A stretch of DNA of 64,000 bases from contig OY821645.1 in assembly GCA_963682135.1 (NCBI GenBank), positions 1,184,001-1,248,000 on the forward strand, given 5' to 3'. A program made the translations under genes and the position numbers. This DNA comes from Methanothrix sp. Lineage in GTDB: Archaea; Halobacteriota; Methanosarcinia; Methanotrichales; Methanotrichaceae. Every line of letters starts with the position of its first letter. Within the stretch, counting starts at the first letter, position 1. The notes under the pieces were generated by a model. That model was not told the origin of the DNA. It saw only the letters and a program-made list of their open reading frames with translations, and did not search any database. Below are positions 19,796 to 30,039 of this stretch, in pieces.

Positions 19796-20893
19796 TTGAA
19801 AGAGTCCAAAATCTGGTTTAGATACAACAAAAAGAACTCCTACAGCATTGCCGCCCTGATGCCGCTGGTAGAGGCGGGCATTGCCAGAGAGCCCAAGGCA
19901 GGCATCATGCTCTACAGCTTTGCCAGCGCCCAGGCACAGGAGGTCTACAGGGAAGTATGCAGCGCTGCGGTGGATGCAGTCTACATCGCCGGCGGCCCCC
20001 ATCCATCGGCTCTGCCAGAAGAGGTGCTGGAGCACTTCGACTTCGTGGTGATAGGCGAAGGAGAGGAGACGCTGCCGGAATTGCTGGATGCCATAAAGGC
20101 GGGCAGCGATCGGGGTAGTGTGAAGGGCATAGCCTACAAACGCCAGGGGCAGGTAATATTTACGGAAAAGAGGACCCCTGTAGACCTGGACTCCTATCCG
20201 CCTTTTAGCAGGATCCTGGCGCCTCTGGAGATCTCGCGCGGCTGCCCCTGGGGCTGCACCTACTGCCAGACGCCGCGCCTCTTCGGAACCTGCATGCGCC
20301 ACAGATCGATTCCGATCATCTCCAAATATGCCCGGCGACATAAGGATATTCGCTTCACCTCGCCCAACTCTTTAGCCTACGGTTCAGATGGGCGCACGCC
20401 CCGCCTGGAGAAGGTCGAGGCCCTGCTCAAGGTACTGGCCGAGCAAAAAAAGCCTATCTACTTCGGCACATTTCCCTCCGAGGTCCGGCCGGAGTTCGTC
20501 TCGGCTGCGGCCTTAGAGCTTATCGTCAAGTACTGCGCCAATAAGAGTCTGAGCCTGGGCGGGCAGTCCGGCAGCCCGGCAGTTTTGCGCAGCATTGGCC
20601 GGGGCCACGGGCGATCTGAGATCCTGAAGGCCTGTGAGCTGGCTCTGGATTATGGACTTGTGCCCCAGGTGGATCTGATCTTTGGCCTGCCAACTGAGCG
20701 GGAAGCGGATCAGCGGTTGACGCTTGATCTGGTCAGGTGGATTGTGGCCAGGGGCGGCAAGGTGCGGGCGCACCGCTTCACGCCATTGCCGGGAACGCCC
20801 CTGGCAGCAGCGCAGCCTGCGCCTCTGGCGGCGGATGTGGTGGCACACCTGGGCAAGATGGCTCTGGAGGGACGACTGACGGGAAGCTGGTAA
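19796..20893 (+). CDS. B12-binding radical SAM protein (TIGR04013-like)
   Basis: AGGPHPS, GEGEE, EISRGCPWGCTYCQTP. Confidence 0.88.
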   Translation: MKESKIWFRYNKKNSYSIAALMPLVEAGIAREPKAGIMLYSFASAQAQEVYREVCSAAVDAVYIAGGPHPSALPEEVLEHFDFVVIGEGEETLPELLDAIKAGSDRGSVKGIAYKRQGQVIFTEKRTPVDLDSYPPFSRILAPLEISRGCPWGCTYCQTPRLFGTCMRHRSIPIISKYARRHKDIRFTSPNSLAYGSDGRTPRLEKVEALLKVLAEQKKPIYFGTFPSEVRPEFVSAAALELIVKYCANKSLSLGGQSGSPAVLRSIGRGHGRSEILKACELALDYGLVPQVDLIFGLPTEREADQRLTLDLVRWIVARGGKVRAHRFTPLPGTPLAAAQPAPLAADVVAHLGKMALEGRLTGSW

Positions 20894-20947
20894 CTATACA
20901 CAATCTTTATATTCAAAACAGTACAATAAAGCTATTGGTGGACTCGT

Positions 20948-21340
20948 GTGGAGCTAAGGTTTGACAACTACATTCTAAAGGCGTTCCTCGCTTCCGGCCT
21001 GCTATCGCTGGTTATGATTGCTCTTGCCCTGGGGCTCATTCAGCTGTTTCGCTACGGCTCGTCCTTGCCCTTATCCATAATTCTCACCATGGCAGCGATT
21101 TCATTCGTTCTTTCCGCTTCATTTTTCGAGCGCTACGAGGTGGGCTCTATCATGTGGTCCATGCTGGTCTCACTCATCGCAACCCTGATGCTCACTCTGC
21201 TATCCGGAGGCATAATCTATGGCATAACTGCCAGGGGGCAGTCCTGGGAAGAGCTGCTCTCGGGCCTGGCCATCTGCATGATCGTGGGCATGACCCTGCT
21301 CTCCTATCTCAAGCGCAGCCTGGGCGAGATTGAGTACTGA
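20948..21340 (+). CDS. small integral membrane protein
   Basis: Four hydrophobic segments; operon position. Confidence 0.7.
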   Translation: MELRFDNYILKAFLASGLLSLVMIALALGLIQLFRYGSSLPLSIILTMAAISFVLSASFFERYEVGSIMWSMLVSLIATLMLTLLSGGIIYGITARGQSWEELLSGLAICMIVGMTLLSYLKRSLGEIEY

Positions 21341-21388
21341 TTGATTGAGTACTGATTAATACTAGCAGCAATACTAAGCAGTCTTTCA

Positions 21389-22288
21389 ATGCCTGGCATG
21401 ATGGTGGACTCCTATGGTCGCAAAGTCACCGGCCTGCGGATCGCTCTTACTCCTCGGTGCAATCTTAATTGCATTTACTGCCACCACGAGGGCGAGGCAA
21501 AGCCCAATGGCGAGATCTCGGATGAGATGGTGGTGAGTGTTGCCCGTGCGGCGGCCCTTTTAGGCGTTCGCTCCCTGAAGTTCACGGGGGGAGAGCCCTT
21601 GCTGCGCCCCGGCCTGGCGGGACTGATCGCCCAGATGCCCCAGGAGCTTGACATCTCCCTGACCACAAACGGCATCTTTCTGGCGGAGCAGGCTGGGCCG
21701 CTGGCAGAAGCGGGGCTGGACCGGGTCAATGTGAGCCTGGACTCGCTGCGGCCCAAGGTCTACCGGGCCATCACCGGTGGCCGGGAAGGCGACCTGGAGA
21801 AGGTCCTGGCGGGAATTGATGCAGCAAAGGCCGCAGCCCTTGCTCCCATCAAGCTGAATGTGGTGGTCCTCAAGGAGAACGAGGCCGAGATTTCCGATTT
21901 GATCGATTTTTGCCGGGAGAAGGGCCTGATACTGCAGCTCATCGAACTCCTGGATCTGTGCCACCAAGGAATTTCAGGAGATATCAATGCCATCGAGCGC
22001 CGCCTTGCGGCGAAGGCGGACCGCGTCCGTGTCCGGGAGATGCACCGGCGCAAGAAGTACTTCCTGGATGGAGCGGAGGTAGAGGTGGTGCGGCCCATGG
22101 ACAACACCGAGTTTTGCGCCAACTGCACACGCCTGCGGGTGACCTCGGACGGGAAGATCAAGCCCTGCTTGCTGCGCAGCGACAATCTTGTGGAGATAGG
22201 CACCTGCGACTGTGAGCGGATTATGGGGCTGCTGCAAGAGGCGAATGCCAGGAGGGAGCCGTATTTCAGGGAGCTTTTACGATGTTAG
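21389..22288 (+). CDS. moaA: GTP 3',8-cyclase
   Basis: DSYGR, CNLNCIYCH, TGGEPL, FCANCTRLRVTSDGKIKPCL. Confidence 0.96.
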   Translation: MPGMMVDSYGRKVTGLRIALTPRCNLNCIYCHHEGEAKPNGEISDEMVVSVARAAALLGVRSLKFTGGEPLLRPGLAGLIAQMPQELDISLTTNGIFLAEQAGPLAEAGLDRVNVSLDSLRPKVYRAITGGREGDLEKVLAGIDAAKAAALAPIKLNVVVLKENEAEISDLIDFCREKGLILQLIELLDLCHQGISGDINAIERRLAAKADRVRVREMHRRKKYFLDGAEVEVVRPMDNTEFCANCTRLRVTSDGKIKPCLLRSDNLVEIGTCDCERIMGLLQEANARREPYFRELLRC

Positions 22289-22295
22289 TTGCGAT

Positions 22296-22517
22296 CTAAG
22301 ATTCATAGTTGGGATTGCCTTTGAGAAGCTCGATAAGCGCATATGTATCTGCGAATAGTTTAGCTATTGATCTCTCTTCGTTCGTCCTTCAGAGATTGTG
22401 CGTCAATCTTCCATACTTTCAAGAGGCAAAAGATGATTTTTTTCTTCAATTCAATCACTACCTCTTCCCCCTCCGATAGGTCCGGGATATCAAGAGGCAT
22501 CAGGACTTCATATATTT
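22296..22517 (-). pseudogene. decayed antitoxin (DUF104-like) plus VapC/PIN toxin 5' remnant
   Basis: IYEVLMPLDIPDLSEGEEVVIELKKK...WKIDAQSLKDERR followed by AKLFADTYALIELLKGNPNYES*. Confidence 0.65.
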
Positions 22518-22795
22518 AGCCCGAGGCTCTCAGGAAGGATGCATACCGTCTGGTCGTGCTCCCCCGCGTGCGCGTGCGGGCGAGCGCGGGCGGCTGGCAG
22601 TGCTCAGGCGGGCCCCGGTGCGTGTGGGAGCCGGGCCGGATGACGGAGGATATCGCTGCTCGGAGGGCGCACTGGGAAGCGAGCAACTGCAGCCTCTCGT
22701 GGCTACGGTTATGGCAGAAAGCATGATGGTTGGAGTGCATTAGCTCGCTCACTTTTCCGGCCCGGCACCAGAAGTATTTTATTCTAATGTAGATT

Positions 22796-23083
22796 ATGAA
22801 TATTACTATGGGAACAGAAGCCACAAGAGCGGAGTCTGAATCCATTATCAGGGATGCGCTCCGCTGAGATCTATCTCTTTTCGAGAGCAAGGAGAGGTTA
22901 ACCTTTTCAGAAATATTGGAGATGGAGCGCAAATACGGCATGAACTCCCATGACTTCCTGGATAGATTCCAAAAAGGCACTCTGGGAGATGACCAAGATT
23001 ATTTCGTGTGGTGGAGCTTGGTTCACGGCCTTGAGACGATAAGAAGTCGAAAGGATAAGATAAAAAGGATGCTCGTTCCTTGA
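22796..23083 (+). pseudogene. antitoxin-like gene (TumA-like) with an in-frame TGA at 22865
   Basis: MNITMG...ALR*DLS...MERKYGMNSHDFLDRFQKGTLGDDQDYFVW; followed by a truncated overlapping ORF MISDYFQKVE. Confidence 0.6.
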
Positions 23084-23262
23084 TATCCGATTACTTTCAG
23101 AAAGTGGAGATCGCGTCTTCGCCTTCCAGTATCAGTCCTAGCTCTATGGGATGAGCCATCTACAAAAACTCTGCCTAGTGTTGGATATTCTATGTTTTTA
23201 AGGCTTTGCAGTAATCGACTACGCTCCAAGCTTTAAGGGGCTTAGGATTAGCAAGAGCTACA

Positions 23263-23829
23263 TTAAAGGCTGCTATTTTCATAACACGGCTCCTCCATCC
23301 ATGGGTCCAGAGATTCCAGAGGCTTTAGCTGTCTGGCTGCTTCACGCACGTTCAAGAACATTCTGCGACTCTTCTTCAGATATTTGAACCCAAAGCCCTC
23401 ATAAAACTTCGTAGCATCCTCTTTTGGGTCCACAACCAGATATCTGCATCCGATCGGACCGTCAAGAGCCGCACCTATGGCGAATAGAAGCAGAAAAGTT
23501 CCAAGTCCACGACCATGAAGTCTCCGATCCACGGCAAGCCGGGCAATCAGAAGGCAAGGATAGATAGGATACTTGCTGACATCTGGGCACTCACCATCAT
23601 CGAGACGATCCACACGAACTGAATCTGCGACCAATGCAATGTAACCTGCAACACGATCTCTGCAAAAGCATATGTGCGTTTTGTTAAGAAGGATTTCCTG
23701 CTCGCCTAATGCATCTTCTTTCAAAAACAGATTTAGATCTTCATCGCCGGAATCGAATGGCGTCAGGTTAAACCTGGCACTCAGAGGCTCGATGCTCAGT
23801 TCATCAGGCGAAATCCTTTCCCGGACCAT
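23263..23829 (-). CDS. GNAT acetyltransferase toxin (AtaT/TacT-like)
   Basis: FDSGDEDLNLFL, LIARLAVD, GRGLG, FYEGFGF. Confidence 0.85.
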   Translation of the reverse strand: MVRERISPDELSIEPLSARFNLTPFDSGDEDLNLFLKEDALGEQEILLNKTHICFCRDRVAGYIALVADSVRVDRLDDGECPDVSKYPIYPCLLIARLAVDRRLHGRGLGTFLLLFAIGAALDGPIGCRYLVVDPKEDATKFYEGFGFKYLKKSRRMFLNVREAARQLKPLESLDPWMEEPCYENSSL

Positions 23830-23981
23830 TAAAATCTGCTGCGATTGGCTCTATAAATTCGTTTGGCTTCTTTAAACATGGCTAACTGCCTTGGCGTAAA
23901 TACAGTGATCTCTTCGTTCTTCCAGAACTCCTTTGCTGCTTCACCTTCGAGAACCAAGCCCAGCCGGATCGGTTTTGCCAT
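23829..23981 (-). CDS. 50-aa putative antitoxin of the GNAT toxin (not in ORF track)
   Basis: MAKPIRLGLVLEGEAAKEFWKNEE...; TAATG stop/start overlap with the GNAT gene. Confidence 0.7.
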   Translation of the reverse strand: MAKPIRLGLVLEGEAAKEFWKNEEITVFTPRQLAMFKEAKRIYRANRSRF

Positions 23982-24145
23982 CTTTCGCACCATCCTCAGG
24001 AATGCTAATTATGTTCCACTATTATTTAATGGTAATCGATCTCATGTGGAGATAGAGACGCGTTAGTCAGGATTGGCATTAGCACCACATGCGCGCTACC
24101 GCGTCCCGGCGTGCGTGTGCGGGGCGAGCATGTGGGGCGGCGGAG

Positions 24146-24672
24146 GAGCCTGGACTCGCTGCAGCGTGAAGTCTACTGGACCATCACCGGTGGCCGGAAG
24201 TGCGACCTGGAGTGGGTCCTGGCGGGAATTTATGCCGCTCTGGCCGCAGATCTATCGCCCATCAAGCTGAATGTGGTGGTCCTCAAGGAGAACGAGGCTG
24301 AGATTTCTGATTTGATCGATTTTTGCCGGGAGAAGGGCCTGATAATGCAGCTCGTTGAACTCCTGGATCTGTGCCACCAAGGAATTTCGGGTGACATCGA
24401 TGCCATCGAGCGGCGTCTGGCTGCGCAGGCGGAGCGCGTCCGTGTCCGGAAGATGCACCGGCGCAAGAAGTACTTCCTGTATGGAGCGGAGGTGGTGCGG
24501 CCCATGGACAACGCCCCAGTTTTGCGCCAACTGCACACGCCTGCGGGTGACCTCGGACGGGAAGATCAAGCCCTGCTTGCTGCGCAGCGACAACCTTGTC
24601 GAGATAGGCACCTGCGACTGTGAGCGGATTATGGGGCTGCTGCAAGAGGCCAACGCCAGGAGAGAGCCGTAT
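24146..24672 (+). pseudogene. moaA: degenerate duplicate of the 3' part of moaA (matches 21733-22264)
   Basis: Long near-identical stretches with indels and a frameshift; no 5' half. Confidence 0.92.
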
Positions 24673-24798
24673 CTTGGGAAGGATAGGTCGCAGGCCGGGC
24701 GATCGGCAATAATCGCACCCAGGATTAGATAAATTTCTTCACAAGTTTTAATACCTCTGCTCTCATTTTCATCTTGATTAGAATTGCGGGGTGGGGCG

Positions 24799-25233
24799 AT
24801 GGTTACGAACTTAACTTTGGAGCGGATGGAAGGCCAGATCAAATGGTACAGCGAAAAAAGCTCCTGGAATCAGGAGTGGTTTAAGAAGCTCAAAGTGGCG
24901 GAAATCATTGCTGCTGCGCTGGTTCCTTTTGCAGCCGGCATAAGTGCACCGGCAGCATTTACTGGACTTCTGGGCGTAATAGTAGTAGTGCTCGAGGCGC
25001 TGCAGAGCATTTACCAGTTCCAGAGCAACTGGATATCCTACCGGTCTACGGCTGAAGCGCTGAAGCACGAGAAATATCTCTGGTATGCCAGAGCGGGGCA
25101 TTACCTCAATGCTGAGAATCCAGAGGCGCTGCTGGCGGAGAGGATTGAGGCGCTGATCTCCACAGAGAACGCGAAGTGGATCTCGGACAAGGAGCAGGCA
25201 GGAAAGGCAAGGCCGACAACGGTGCAACAGTGA
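24799..25233 (+). CDS. DUF4231 / SLATT 2TM protein
   Basis: QIKWYSEKS, two TM helices, WISYRSTAEALKHEKY. Confidence 0.88.
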   Translation: MVTNLTLERMEGQIKWYSEKSSWNQEWFKKLKVAEIIAAALVPFAAGISAPAAFTGLLGVIVVVLEALQSIYQFQSNWISYRSTAEALKHEKYLWYARAGHYLNAENPEALLAERIEALISTENAKWISDKEQAGKARPTTVQQ

Positions 25234-25357
25234 TGAATAATATTAATTCATTATTTATTAAAATTTTAACTCAGTGAAGGAAGCCTTTTAAGTATGCACA
25301 AATGAATGCCTGTAGGCGATGAGGCTGGCCGAATACAGGAAAAAGGTGTCTTAAAAA

Positions 25358-26692
25358 ATGGCAAATACGCAGGTGCCCTCTGAAGGCATTGAGGTCTTCT
25401 TTTCATATTCCCATAAGGATGAAGAACTGCGAGATGAGCTGGAAAAGCATCTTAGCATCCTGAAGCATCGAGAGTTAATCTCGGCTTGGCATGATCGAAA
25501 AATTAGCGCAGGCGAGGAATGGAAAGGGATGATTGATGAACACCTCAATTCTGCCAAAATTATCCTACTTCTCATCAGTTCTGATTTTCTGGCATCGAAG
25601 TACTGCTACGATATTGAAATGAAACGTGCCATTGAAAGGCATAATTTAGGGGAAGCCCGCGTGATTCCAATAATCCTTCGGCATGCTTATTGGGAAGGTT
25701 CACCATTTTCAAAGTTGCAGGCTCTACCCACAAATGCAGAACCGGTTAAAGACGGAAATTGGAGATCTATTGATGCGGCATTTAAAGATGTAGCAGAAGG
25801 CCTGGAAAAAGCAATAAATGGCTTCAAACAGGAAAATATTTACTTAGAGCCTATTCCAACACCAAGCAACAATGTGCCGAAAACAATAATAGTAGACCAA
25901 ATGCATCGAGGCGATTTCACTAAGATTACAGATGCCATCTCTGCATCAGCTCCCGGCTCACGAATTCTGGTGCGATCCGGTGTTTATGATGACGGGTTAA
26001 TAATCGATAAACCCCTGGAGATCGTGGGTGAAGGCAAACTAGGCGATGTGATAATAAGGACCGTTGGGATGAGTGCTATTCTATTCAAGACCGTAAGAGG
26101 CAAGATATCTAACCTCCTGATCCGTCAAAATGGTGGCGGCAATTGGTATGGAGTAGATATCGCCCAAGGATGCCTGGAACTAGAAAACGGTGATATTGTC
26201 TCCGAAAAGTTTGCCTGTGTTGCAGTACATGGCAATGCTTATCCAAGGATCATGAATAATAATATCCATGATGGGAGAAGTAGTGGTGTTTATGTTTTTG
26301 AAAACGGTCAAGGCGTTCTCGAAAGTAATGAAATCTATGCCAATAACCATGCTGGTGTCATGATCTCGGGTGGTGGAAATATAACAATTAGAAATAATAA
26401 TATTTATAATGGGAAAAATGTTGGCGTTTGGGTAGGTAATAATGGTAGAGGTATTATCGAAGATAACAACATCTACGGTAATGCAATGGGTGGCATTGAT
26501 ATCATAAAAGGCGGCAATCCCTCTGTCCGAGTAAATCGAATAAATGAAAATAGCTATTGGGCTATCTGGATCAATGAAAAAGGTGCTGGGACCATTGAGG
26601 ATAATGACCTTCGTAATAATAGTAGCGGCGCATGGCATATATCCGAAGACAGCAAACCTCTGGTCAAATGCTCCAGAAATCTGGAAAAGTGA
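25358..26692 (+). CDS. TIR domain + right-handed beta-helix (pectin-lyase-like) protein
   Basis: VFFSYSHKD, WHDRKI, ISSDFLASKYCYDIE; C-terminal NxIxxN repeats. Confidence 0.9.
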   Translation: MANTQVPSEGIEVFFSYSHKDEELRDELEKHLSILKHRELISAWHDRKISAGEEWKGMIDEHLNSAKIILLLISSDFLASKYCYDIEMKRAIERHNLGEARVIPIILRHAYWEGSPFSKLQALPTNAEPVKDGNWRSIDAAFKDVAEGLEKAINGFKQENIYLEPIPTPSNNVPKTIIVDQMHRGDFTKITDAISASAPGSRILVRSGVYDDGLIIDKPLEIVGEGKLGDVIIRTVGMSAILFKTVRGKISNLLIRQNGGGNWYGVDIAQGCLELENGDIVSEKFACVAVHGNAYPRIMNNNIHDGRSSGVYVFENGQGVLESNEIYANNHAGVMISGGGNITIRNNNIYNGKNVGVWVGNNGRGIIEDNNIYGNAMGGIDIIKGGNPSVRVNRINENSYWAIWINEKGAGTIEDNDLRNNSSGAWHISEDSKPLVKCSRNLEK

Positions 26693-26734
26693 GAAAATGA
26701 TTTAATGAAGCTGGCTCGTTATCCCTCCCCCCAA

Positions 26735-27090
26735 TCCTGTGCTCGTATCCCATCGCCTCCACCCGTCGCCGCTGGCCTCCCTGCACCATCCAGATCCCCT
26801 CCGCCACCACCTTTCTGATCATCGTCAGGGCGCACACCTTGCGGGCGGCCTCCAGCCCCTCCGGCCTCCCTGTGAAGACCAGCTCGATAGTCCCCCTCTC
26901 ATGCTCATTGCCATCTCCACAGCTCTCTCCCGCCCCACCATCTCCGCCAGGCCGTCGCCCATCATGGCCGTGACTGCCTGGCTCTCGGCCAGGGTCCGGG
27001 TCTCGGCGAGGCGCGGCTCGTTATCCAGCAGCCGCGTGATGAACACGCTCTCCAACTGCGCGCTGCCAGGCCCACAGGCCCCCGCCCGCG
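26735..27090 (-). pseudogene. thiL: degenerate 3' fragment of thiamine-monophosphate kinase (copy 1)
   Basis: EPRLAE..LAESQAVTAMMGDGLA, ends GYEHRI; similar to 30040-30520. Confidence 0.65.
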
Positions 27091-27207
27091 CGCGCCCACC
27101 TGCGACCCCGCCGTCTTTGCTGCAGAGATGGCTCTTTTTCTCGGAACCTCTTTGTATTTTAGTCGGAAGATTGAATAAAGATGAACTCCATAGACGCCTT
27201 CTGGTAT

Positions 27208-27504
27208 ATGCCCCAGAAAATTGATGAGCTGCTGAAATCCAAGCGTCAGGAGATTTTAGCCATAGCAGCCCGACATGGCGCCCGCAACCTTCGGGTCTTC
27301 GGCTCCGTAGCCCGAGGAGAGGCCGGTCCAGAGAGCGACCTGGATATTCTTGTAGAGATGGAACCGGGAAAAAGCCTATTGGACCATGTAGCTCTCATGC
27401 AAGATCTCGAAGACCTCCTGCAACGGAAAGTTGATGTGGTTAGCGAGAGGGCTCTGCACTGGTACATCCGGGACCAAGTTCTCGCTGAGGCTACGCCACT
27501 ATGA
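27208..27504 (+). CDS. minimal nucleotidyltransferase antitoxin (MNT)
   Basis: VFGSVARGE..SDLDILV. Confidence 0.92.
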   Translation: MPQKIDELLKSKRQEILAIAARHGARNLRVFGSVARGEAGPESDLDILVEMEPGKSLLDHVALMQDLEDLLQRKVDVVSERALHWYIRDQVLAEATPL

Positions 27505-27845
27505 AGGACGACCGGCTTTACTTGATTCACATCTGGGAATGCATTCAGCGCATCGAGTCTTACTCAATTGAAGGTAAGTCTGCATTCATGGCATCAATAA
27601 TGATGCAAGATGCAATTATCAGGAACTTTGAGATTATAGGAGAAGCCACCAAGCATCTATCGATGGATATGAGACAATCAAATCCCGAAATCCAATGGCG
27701 AGAACTGGCAGGATTTCGAGATGTTCTAATCCATAATTATATGGGAGTTGATTTGGTCGAAGTCTGGAATATCATAGAAAATGAACTCCCCAAAATCAAG
27801 AACAGCCTTGAGCCAATAATGGTTAAGCGTCAGTTGCTTTTGTAA
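27501..27845 (+). CDS. HEPN toxin, DUF86 family
   Basis: EIIGEA, GFRDVLIHNY (Rx4H). Confidence 0.92.
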   Translation: MKDDRLYLIHIWECIQRIESYSIEGKSAFMASIMMQDAIIRNFEIIGEATKHLSMDMRQSNPEIQWRELAGFRDVLIHNYMGVDLVEVWNIIENELPKIKNSLEPIMVKRQLLL

Positions 27846-27859
27846 GTTTCGATACAGAT

Positions 27860-28120
27860 AGTCCTGGTTGTCAAAAATTACATGCTCCACCACATTCTGG
27901 AATGTAGCAGATATTGCCGTTGTCCGTGATCACCGGCCCGTCCTTCCTCAAGCCCTATCGCCGCACCAGGGCGCCCCTCAAGTCCCGCAGCCGCGGCTCC
28001 ACCAGTCGCAAGGCAAATGGTAGCACCTCAACGGCATCGGCCAGGTGAGCTTCTTTGCATACAGTTCTCATTCGCCACAATCATGAACCACTTGGCAAAG
28101 CGGGATACCGCCTTTCCCCG
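27860..28120 (-). pseudogene. rpiA: degenerate 3' fragment of ribose-5-phosphate isomerase A
   Basis: Minus-strand pieces VEVLPFALRLVE and RKDGPVITDNGN, plus a VVEH-like end. Confidence 0.7.
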
Positions 28121-28339
28121 CGCACGCCCGCCCGCGGCCCTGTCACCCTTGATAGTGAAATGCAAACGGCCTTCTTGCCTCATCTCCTTTGATGAGCCTA
28201 AGCGATCCTGTAGAAAGACACGAAGACAAAGAGAGGCCTCCGAATTATTATTAATATTTTTATATTCACTTTTCACCCATACCAATAAATAAAACCAACA
28301 TTCTATAGTTGTACGTTAAAAGTAATCCTTCGATCAATT

Positions 28340-29551
28340 ATGCCGGAAAAGCCAGCGCCAACCGAGCGATCAGGCAAGAATCGCAGCATCATCATCCCCG
28401 TCAAGCCAGCCGTGCTAGTCTGGGCCAGAGAGAGCCTGGGCAGGACCGTCGAAGAAGCTGCCGCTTACCTGGGCGAGAGTGAAGATCTGGTGCGCCGGTG
28501 GGAAGCAGGCCACGGCCAGCCCATGCTGCATCAGGTAAAGGCACTGGCCGTTTTCTACAAGCGTCCCCTGGCTGCATTCTTTCTGCCTCGCCCTCCCCAG
28601 GAGCCCTCCCTGCCCCACGACTTTCGCACTCTGCCTGATGAAAAAGAAATCCCGCTCACTCCCAAAACCAGGCTTGCCATGCGCCGGGCAAGAAGGCTGC
28701 AATCAATAGCTTCTGAGCTAAAAGAAGACCTGGAAGGCGAATTATTCTCTCTGCCGGGCAGCATCGAGCTTTCCGATGATCCCGAAGTAGCAGCAGGCAG
28801 AGTAAGAGATGCTTTGGGCGTTTCCCTGGCAGAGCAGCTCTCCTGGAAAAAGGATACGCAGGCTATGGATCAATGGAAGAAATCTGTGGAGAGACTTGGC
28901 ATCCTCGTGTTTCAGATGTCAATGCCGCTGGAAGAGGCGAGAGCTTTTTCATTCACGGATGGAGGGCTCCCGGTAATAGTAGTCAATAACAAGGACGCTT
29001 TGAAGGCCAGGATTTTTTCCCTGTTCCATGAGCTGGGACATATCCTCCTGAATGAGGGCGGCATATGCGACCCAGGTAATTTGAATGGTGATGCGTCTTC
29101 TCCAAATAGCAGGTCCATCGAGGCCTTCTGCAACTTTTTTGCCGGGGCGGTTTTGGTTCCCCGGGAAAGCTTGCTCAATCATCGATTTGTTGAGGGAAAG
29201 TCATCTTCCTACCACTGGCCGGAAAGAACTCTGGGAACAATTTCCGGTGATTTTAAAGTGAGCAAAGAGGTCGTTTTAAGACGGCTGCTCATTGCCGGGC
29301 TGACTACCAGGGAATTCTATCAAAGAAAGCACAACGAATGGATGAAGAGAGAGAAGAAACCGGAATCAATCAAAGGCATAAAGAGAGATATTCCAAAGGA
29401 ATGCCTGCAAAGAAACGGCAGGCCATTGACCTCAATGGTTCTGGATTCATATAGAAATGACAGGATCACCACCAGCGATGTGGCCGACTATCTGGGAATT
29501 CGTGTTAAGCACATCCCCGGCATTGAAAAGCTCCTTGAGGCTCAGATTTGA
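28340..29551 (+). CDS. XRE-HTH + ImmA/IrrE metallopeptidase
   Basis: WARESLG..WEAG; FSLFHELGH; EAFCNFFAGAVLVP. Confidence 0.9.
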   Translation: MPEKPAPTERSGKNRSIIIPVKPAVLVWARESLGRTVEEAAAYLGESEDLVRRWEAGHGQPMLHQVKALAVFYKRPLAAFFLPRPPQEPSLPHDFRTLPDEKEIPLTPKTRLAMRRARRLQSIASELKEDLEGELFSLPGSIELSDDPEVAAGRVRDALGVSLAEQLSWKKDTQAMDQWKKSVERLGILVFQMSMPLEEARAFSFTDGGLPVIVVNNKDALKARIFSLFHELGHILLNEGGICDPGNLNGDASSPNSRSIEAFCNFFAGAVLVPRESLLNHRFVEGKSSSYHWPERTLGTISGDFKVSKEVVLRRLLIAGLTTREFYQRKHNEWMKREKKPESIKGIKRDIPKECLQRNGRPLTSMVLDSYRNDRITTSDVADYLGIRVKHIPGIEKLLEAQI

Positions 29552-30029
29552 TCCAGCTTCGGTTGCAAGAAGGCTACTGCATCGATACATCTGCATTGAT
29601 CGACCTGCACACTAACCATTATCCTCCTGATATCTTCCCCTGTCTATGGAATGACCTGGAATCCCTGGTTGATCAGGGACTCTTAATCGCTCCTGATGAG
29701 GTGTTTCGAGAAATCTGCGTGAAGGATGATGATTTGGCAAAGTGGGGAAAGGCCAATCGGAAGATGTTCACTCCCCTTGATGACGATCAATCCGAGAAGT
29801 CTACAGCATCCTGGAAAAGTTTCCTGGCCTCGTGGATTTGAATAAAACTATTCCTGAAGCAGACCCGTTTCTTATTGCCCTGGCTAAATGCAGAGCCTGG
29901 ACGGTTGTTACATCGGAAAAGCCTAATAATAGCCCAGTCAGGCCGAAGATACCGAATGTATGCAAAGGCCTCGATGTCAGATGGATCAAATTGCTGGAGT
30001 TCTTTAGGGAAGTGAAGCTGAAATATTGA
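29548..30029 (+). pseudogene. DUF4411 PIN-domain protein, frameshifted near 29790
   Basis: YCIDTSALI in one frame; ADPFLIALA, VVTSE and KIPNVC in another. Confidence 0.8.
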
Positions 30030-30039
30030 TAGGATGATC

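Noticed and set aside
22865-22867. In-frame TGA as selenocysteine or readthrough
   Set aside because: No redox context, the neighbours are decayed, and a CGA>TGA nonsense mutation is simpler; FwdB here uses Cys.
24111-24732. Second functional moaA
   Set aside because: Lacks the N-terminal radical SAM motif and is frameshifted.
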